In this document: piece after piece, positions 59,339 to 64,000 of the stretch
Position numbering within the stretch: position 1 is the stretch's first letter
Layout of the letters: each line of letters opens with the position of its first letter
Assembly (NCBI GenBank): GCA_965197905.1
Contig: CBDAOB010000003.1
Span: forward strand, 96,001 to 160,000
Reading direction: 5' to 3'
Length of the DNA: 64,000 nucleotides
Origin: Candidatus Latescibacterota bacterium
GTDB lineage: Bacteria; Latescibacterota; UBA2968; UBA8231
Program-made: the position numbers and the translations under genes
The notes under the pieces: model-generated
Told to the model about the DNA's origin: nothing
Seen by the model: only the letters and a program-made list of their open reading frames with translations
Database searches by the model: none

Positions 59339-61288
59339 CGCGTAGTCATACCGTTCAACCGCGTTTTGCACGACAACCTCAAGGTCCTCGCCGAGTACGT
59401 AGCCGGCATCAACGAGGTGCTGACTGTCTGCCCTGGCCAGCCGCTCGTACTCTTCCCGGCTCGCATATCGCTCCTCGATCGAACGTCTGGGATCTCGAGT
59501 CGCACTTCTCTCTGCTGCCGTTGCCGGGAACCACCGACTGAATCCCTGCATCGGCATCTGCTGGTCCGGTGAGCCGGTTTCAATCGCGCGCGTATTCCAG
59601 CCCGCGTGTGTCGCAACAGGTTGTGAAATGTCAGGAAGCCTGATCCCAGCGACCTCGTTGCCGTCCTCGTCCACCGCGGGAACGAGGCACTGGTAAGTAG
59701 CTCCTTCCTCAGGTGGGTACTGGCCAACACCTTCGGCAGCGCGCGGTCCAAGATCGATTGTCCGGATCACCCAGAGCTTGTCGGGATGTGGTGTAGACAA
59801 TCCTGGCAGTCGGTCGAACGTCGGAAAGGTGTCAGGGCGTTTCACCGCCGTCGAGTCGTCGATCCTAGGATGCTTTGCCAACGGCGGATCCGTGGCATTT
59901 GCCACCCAGCTGACAAGGTTGACCAGAGCTGCCCGCAGAAGTGGTGAGTAGTCGACCACATTGAATGGCTCTGCTCCGAGTGCGCCTTCCGGGGCTCCGG
60001 CCGAAGTCTGCGGGAGAGTGCCAGTCCCATGTTGTGTTCCCGCGAAGTGGTACACACGAGTAGATTCGTCAGGCTCAAGGTCGACTCTGCCGATTGGGTC
60101 GGTTGTCGCGAGCGAGCAGTCTCCACGCCAGTATTCGGCCGAACTGTTCGTGTAGAACACTTTCGGCACTACGCCACTTCTGGTGAGCCGAGAAAGCAGG
60201 CCGCCGCGCCGCTGCGTGAGCGGATCCTCAATCTCTGCATCTGCAAATGGGAACATGTGACCGTAGTTTGGATACGACTGGTTGGAAGGCTGTGCGTACC
60301 TGTGATTGAAGCTGCCCATTCTTGCCCCGGCGACATGCGGTAACAGCCCGTCGAACGCCTTTCTCCCACTCTCGTCTTCATTGAGTCCCAGGTGCAGGAA
60401 GTGCCTAATCATGCGGCCAGTCTGCGATACGCCGTAGCCGACAACGTTGTCGATCTGTCCCATGCCTCCCTGCAGAGCGTCAGAGTCGTAGCGCAGAAAG
60501 GTTGCAACATCACGAAAGGCCAGGAGCCCGGTTCCCACCACAGGCGCTTCCCGGGTCGCGTAGACCACCTGGTAGTACTTGCCGGGTTGGAATCCACCTT
60601 CGAGATAGATGTGCTCATTGCTCGGTTCGACACCGTTGGTCGCCTCTCTACCGAACCTCCAGCTGCTCCGATCAACCACCGTCGCTTCGCCGTCTTCATA
60701 CTCCTTGACGTAGAGGACAGCGTCGGTGTCATCCAGGTCCGCCACCTTGAGCGGAACGTGAACGCGGTCGGCCAACAACCAGGTTCCCGTGCGTTCGTTC
60801 GGGCGGATTTCCACCACTGTCTGACCCGGGTTTCCCTCATTCGCAAGATCGGCCATCGGCGCCTGGAGACCCAGGAGTACGTCGTCGCGGTAGACGTCCC
60901 ACTGCCATCCGATGGATGCGACACTGAAACCGCGTCGGAACAGAAACCCGTCGCCCGGAGGTGGACTTGCTGAAGGTTCAGCTTGGGTCTTGTTGAAGGT
61001 GTCTATTACACATCTGCGGCCACGGTTGGGTAGTTCGACAATCAGGGTCTTAGAACCGCGGCTGCTATCGACAGGTCTCACAACGGAGAGATCGGCCTTG
61101 AAGCGGACCCGTCCACTTTCATCTCTCGGCGCAAGGTGCAGATCAACGATATCCATGTTCACGGGGGATGTGGGATCAACCGCGAACGTCAGAATCCCAT
61201 CTATCTGCTCGTATTGTCCGGCATCACCGAATGAGACGCCACCTGCGTACGGGAACCGTCGTATCTCATCGAACTCGATGACACTCAT
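59270..61288 (-). CDS. Alpha/beta hydrolase domain protein (tannase-like, Abhydrolase_10 type)
   Basis: PNRG, GWQWD, GVSQTG, EYWRG, QH, DEDGNE..GIR. Confidence 0.8.
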   Translation of the reverse strand: MSVIEFDEIRRFPYAGGVSFGDAGQYEQIDGILTFAVDPTSPVNMDIVDLHLAPRDESGRVRFKADLSVVRPVDSSRGSKTLIVELPNRGRRCVIDTFNKTQAEPSASPPPGDGFLFRRGFSVASIGWQWDVYRDDVLLGLQAPMADLANEGNPGQTVVEIRPNERTGTWLLADRVHVPLKVADLDDTDAVLYVKEYEDGEATVVDRSSWRFGREATNGVEPSNEHIYLEGGFQPGKYYQVVYATREAPVVGTGLLAFRDVATFLRYDSDALQGGMGQIDNVVGYGVSQTGRMIRHFLHLGLNEDESGRKAFDGLLPHVAGARMGSFNHRYAQPSNQSYPNYGHMFPFADAEIEDPLTQRRGGLLSRLTRSGVVPKVFYTNSSAEYWRGDCSLATTDPIGRVDLEPDESTRVYHFAGTQHGTGTLPQTSAGAPEGALGAEPFNVVDYSPLLRAALVNLVSWVANATDPPLAKHPRIDDSTAVKRPDTFPTFDRLPGLSTPHPDKLWVIRTIDLGPRAAEGVGQYPPEEGATYQCLVPAVDEDGNEVAGIRLPDISQPVATHAGWNTRAIETGSPDQQMPMQGFSRWFPATAAERSATRDPRRSIEERYASREEYERLARADSQHLVDAGYVLGEDLEVVVQNAVERYDYALVACRGNSLWNSGAEAPGPQGG

Positions 61289-61356
61289 GGGTAAACTCCT
61301 GCGTTGGCTGCACCGAGAGCATATATTACCTAATCTCTGACAGGGAGGAAAAGATC

Positions 61357-61956
61357 ATGGGGGCAGATCAGAACAAGATTCGCGTCAGCGGCGAAAACTC
61401 ATTCCTGCGCATCGGGGAGTCCGAAGATGCCGATGCGACCGCCGAGATGAGCCACTGGCGCGTGGTCGCATCTCCCAAGGGGGTCGGCCACATCCTCTTC
61501 GCCAAGAGCGTACTGTCCAACAACGAGCCGCGGATCTACTCCGACAACTTCGCCTTGGCTCGCTGGCTGCAGGAGGGTGTTCAGGCTTCCATGCGGGATA
61601 CCTACTCCGGTGACATTCCAATCATAGATGCTGAATTCTCCAAAAGCGGCGACATGTTGACGACCTGGGTCGAATACGTCGCGTCGCGGGTCGACGAGAT
61701 CATGTTGAGCTGGTACGATTTCATGGCGCCGGTCCAGGTTGCCAACCAGCCGTTCGAGAATCCGGATCAACCGCACGGTGTCTACAGCCTGTTGATTCCC
61801 GCGCGGCGCGCCGAACTCTCGATCAATGGTGAAACCGCTCCGGGACGGGTATTGCCACGGGAGCTGTTCGGCCGCGAGGGAACCAGCTGCTGTCTGGCGC
61901 TCTCGGAGACGTGGACGATTCCCGCCGATCACGAGTGGGCCGCGGACGCACTTTAG
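61357..61956 (+). CDS. Hypothetical protein
   Basis: 199-aa ORF with GGAGG RBS and protein-like composition. Confidence 0.7.
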   Translation: MGADQNKIRVSGENSFLRIGESEDADATAEMSHWRVVASPKGVGHILFAKSVLSNNEPRIYSDNFALARWLQEGVQASMRDTYSGDIPIIDAEFSKSGDMLTTWVEYVASRVDEIMLSWYDFMAPVQVANQPFENPDQPHGVYSLLIPARRAELSINGETAPGRVLPRELFGREGTSCCLALSETWTIPADHEWAADAL

Positions 61957-61958
61957 GT

Positions 61959-63917
61959 CTACACCGCTTCTTTGATCGCCCCACGCATCTTGAGGATATA
62001 CTTGGATCGATCCAGGGGTGAAATTCCCTTATAGTCGCGGCTAACACCCTCTCCTTGGGGACACGGCTCGTAGCCGCCATAGCGGAAGGCGTACTTGGCC
62101 GTGCCGCCAGTCATCGAATTCAGCCGGATCGGAAAATCCATCGACGTCGCCATGGGGATGCGGCCGCTGACGACGACCTGACCGTGCTCCGTCTGCGTGG
62201 GCTCGACGGTTCCTCGGCCATGTACGATCTCCGAGGTGATTTTCCCCACGAACGACTCGGGCGCTTCGATGCGAAACGACAGAATCGGCTCCAGCAGAAT
62301 CGTGTCGGTTTCGGTCAGCCCCCTCAATACGGCGATGTTGGTCGCCAGCTTGAAATTACCGGGCCGGCTATGCAGAACATGATCGCTGCCTTCGACCAAG
62401 GTGATCTTGAGGTCGGTCACTTCCCACCCTTTGATCCCCTGCTTCAGGGCCCCCGGAATCGAGCTTTCGATCTCACTCTGGTATTTCGCTTTGATATCGT
62501 CGACACTGACTTCGGAAGAGTAACACACACCACTGCCCCGCTCTCCGGGTTCGAGCCGGTACTTCACGATCGCCCAGCAGGGTTTCGGCATGGTGTAGCG
62601 TTCGGCTCCGTAACCGGTCGATGCCGGCGTCTCTTTGTATAACACGGTGGGATCGTCGAACCTCGCCTGGATGCCGAATCTGGTCTCGAGAAGCTCGGTC
62701 AAAATCTCGGTCTGGATGGCGCCCATGATCTTCACGTGCAGCTCACGTTCCGCATCGAACCAGGTGAAGTTCAGATGCGGGTCTTCGCTCGACAGTTGCT
62801 GCAGCGCTTGAGCCAGTCTCCCGTGATCGTCTTCGTCTTTGGGAATAGCTCGCACGCTTAGCAGGGGTTCGCTGAGCTCGTAGTTTCCCGGAACAGGCCC
62901 TGCGTCGCCCAGGACGTCTCCGATCTGGACATCCGGCATGCCGCAGATGAAACCGATGTCACCTGCGTTCAGGACGCCGGCGTCTTCATACCGATTCCCC
63001 ATCGACCTCTTGATCTGAGTCACCTTCTCCACCCGATTCGCGGTGACGTTCTGCACCGTATCCCGATTCGAGAGTTGCCCGGCAAACAACCGCACTCCAG
63101 CCACCCTTCCGAGCTTGGCATCGTGATCGAGGCGGAACACCACGCCGGACGGCGATGCATCAACCTGCGTTTGAGCGTCCGGAAAGTAGCTGACTACACC
63201 ATCGAGCAACGACTCTATGCCAACGCCGCTCTTCGCGACCCCACAGAACACCGGGAAGAGCTCTCGTTGGGGCACACAATCGACGATGGCGTTATGCAGG
63301 TCCTCGAACGAAAGCGACTCATCGCCCAGGTATCTTTCCAGCAGCAGGTCGTCCTTGGCGGCAACCACCTCGGCGAGCGCCAGAATGCCGTCTTCGTCGA
63401 GCGCGGAAACGGTGGCATCCGGAATTTCGCAGGTCACCGGCTGATTGAAGAGCACGACATCGGCGGAAAACCTGCGCTTCAAATCGGCGACGACAGCTGC
63501 TACATCGGCGCCCACTCGATCCAGCTTGTTGACGAAGAGGATAACCGGAAGGTGGAGCGCTTCGAGCGCTTTCCAGATCGTCTCCGTGTGGGACTGTATG
63601 CCTTCCACCGCGGACACCACCAGAATCGCGCCGTCGAGAATCCGCAGGGAGCGCTCTACTTCGGCTGCAAAATCCACGTGACCCGGCGTATCGATAAGAT
63701 TGATCCGCACCTCTTTCCAGGTAAAGGACAGGGTCGTAGCGCGCACCGATATCCCCCGGCGCTTCTCGACCTCGAGCCCGTCGGAAAGACTCGTGCCTTT
63801 GTCGACGTTGCCGACCGCACGAAGGGCGCCGCTCAAGAACAGCATGTTCTCGGTCACCGTCGTCTTGCCGGCATCGACATGGGCGAGGATGCCCAGATTT
63901 CTAATCCTGCTGCTCAC
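61959..63917 (-). CDS. TetM/TetO-like (ribosomal protection-type) EF-G-related GTPase
   Basis: AHVDAGKTT, RGIS, DTPGH, NKLD; 652 aa; domain IV GSDHVLHSRP; C-terminal extension GISPLDRSKYI. Confidence 0.85.
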   Translation of the reverse strand: MSSRIRNLGILAHVDAGKTTVTENMLFLSGALRAVGNVDKGTSLSDGLEVEKRRGISVRATTLSFTWKEVRINLIDTPGHVDFAAEVERSLRILDGAILVVSAVEGIQSHTETIWKALEALHLPVILFVNKLDRVGADVAAVVADLKRRFSADVVLFNQPVTCEIPDATVSALDEDGILALAEVVAAKDDLLLERYLGDESLSFEDLHNAIVDCVPQRELFPVFCGVAKSGVGIESLLDGVVSYFPDAQTQVDASPSGVVFRLDHDAKLGRVAGVRLFAGQLSNRDTVQNVTANRVEKVTQIKRSMGNRYEDAGVLNAGDIGFICGMPDVQIGDVLGDAGPVPGNYELSEPLLSVRAIPKDEDDHGRLAQALQQLSSEDPHLNFTWFDAERELHVKIMGAIQTEILTELLETRFGIQARFDDPTVLYKETPASTGYGAERYTMPKPCWAIVKYRLEPGERGSGVCYSSEVSVDDIKAKYQSEIESSIPGALKQGIKGWEVTDLKITLVEGSDHVLHSRPGNFKLATNIAVLRGLTETDTILLEPILSFRIEAPESFVGKITSEIVHGRGTVEPTQTEHGQVVVSGRIPMATSMDFPIRLNSMTGGTAKYAFRYGGYEPCPQGEGVSRDYKGISPLDRSKYILKMRGAIKEAV

Positions 63918-64000
63918 CGTCCACCGTCTCTTGCGGTCCGAAAGTTCGTGTGTCCGGTGTCATCTGATTAGCCGACAGTCCGACCGGCCGCATCACTATT

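Overview
A high-GC bacterial window dominated by catabolic paralog expansions: 5 PhyH-type 2OG/Fe(II) dioxygenases, 3-4 enolase-superfamily racemases, 3 Gfo/Idh/MocA oxidoreductases, 3 xylose-isomerase-like TIM barrels, beta-propeller and TIM-barrel glycosidase-like proteins and a sulfatase. It also has a FlgD/T9SS-like C-terminal-domain protein next to a large outer-membrane-like protein, three GT-C/TPR membrane proteins and a TetM-like GTPase. This mix resembles Latescibacterota/Poribacteria-type FCB-related genomes (inference). The most interesting element is a self-contained cyclic-nucleotide/sigma-54 circuit at about 18.2-26.2 kb. It comprises a class III cyclase-NTPase-TPR gene, DUF4242 and a cNMP-binding sigma-54 activator, followed by an acyl-CoA-dehydrogenase-family output gene. 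The cyclase operon and the output gene each carry a -24/-12 promoter, an IHF-like site and a shared upstream palindrome, which implies a positive-feedback switch; the cyclase itself has two in-frame stops. Other unannotated structure includes a four-copy ~150-168 bp hairpin/MITE family with compensatory base changes, several head-plus-tail gene stubs made by internal deletion, and IS1380/IS3 relics. No rRNA, tRNA or CRISPR array was recognised. All family calls come from motif recognition by eye; no database search was run.
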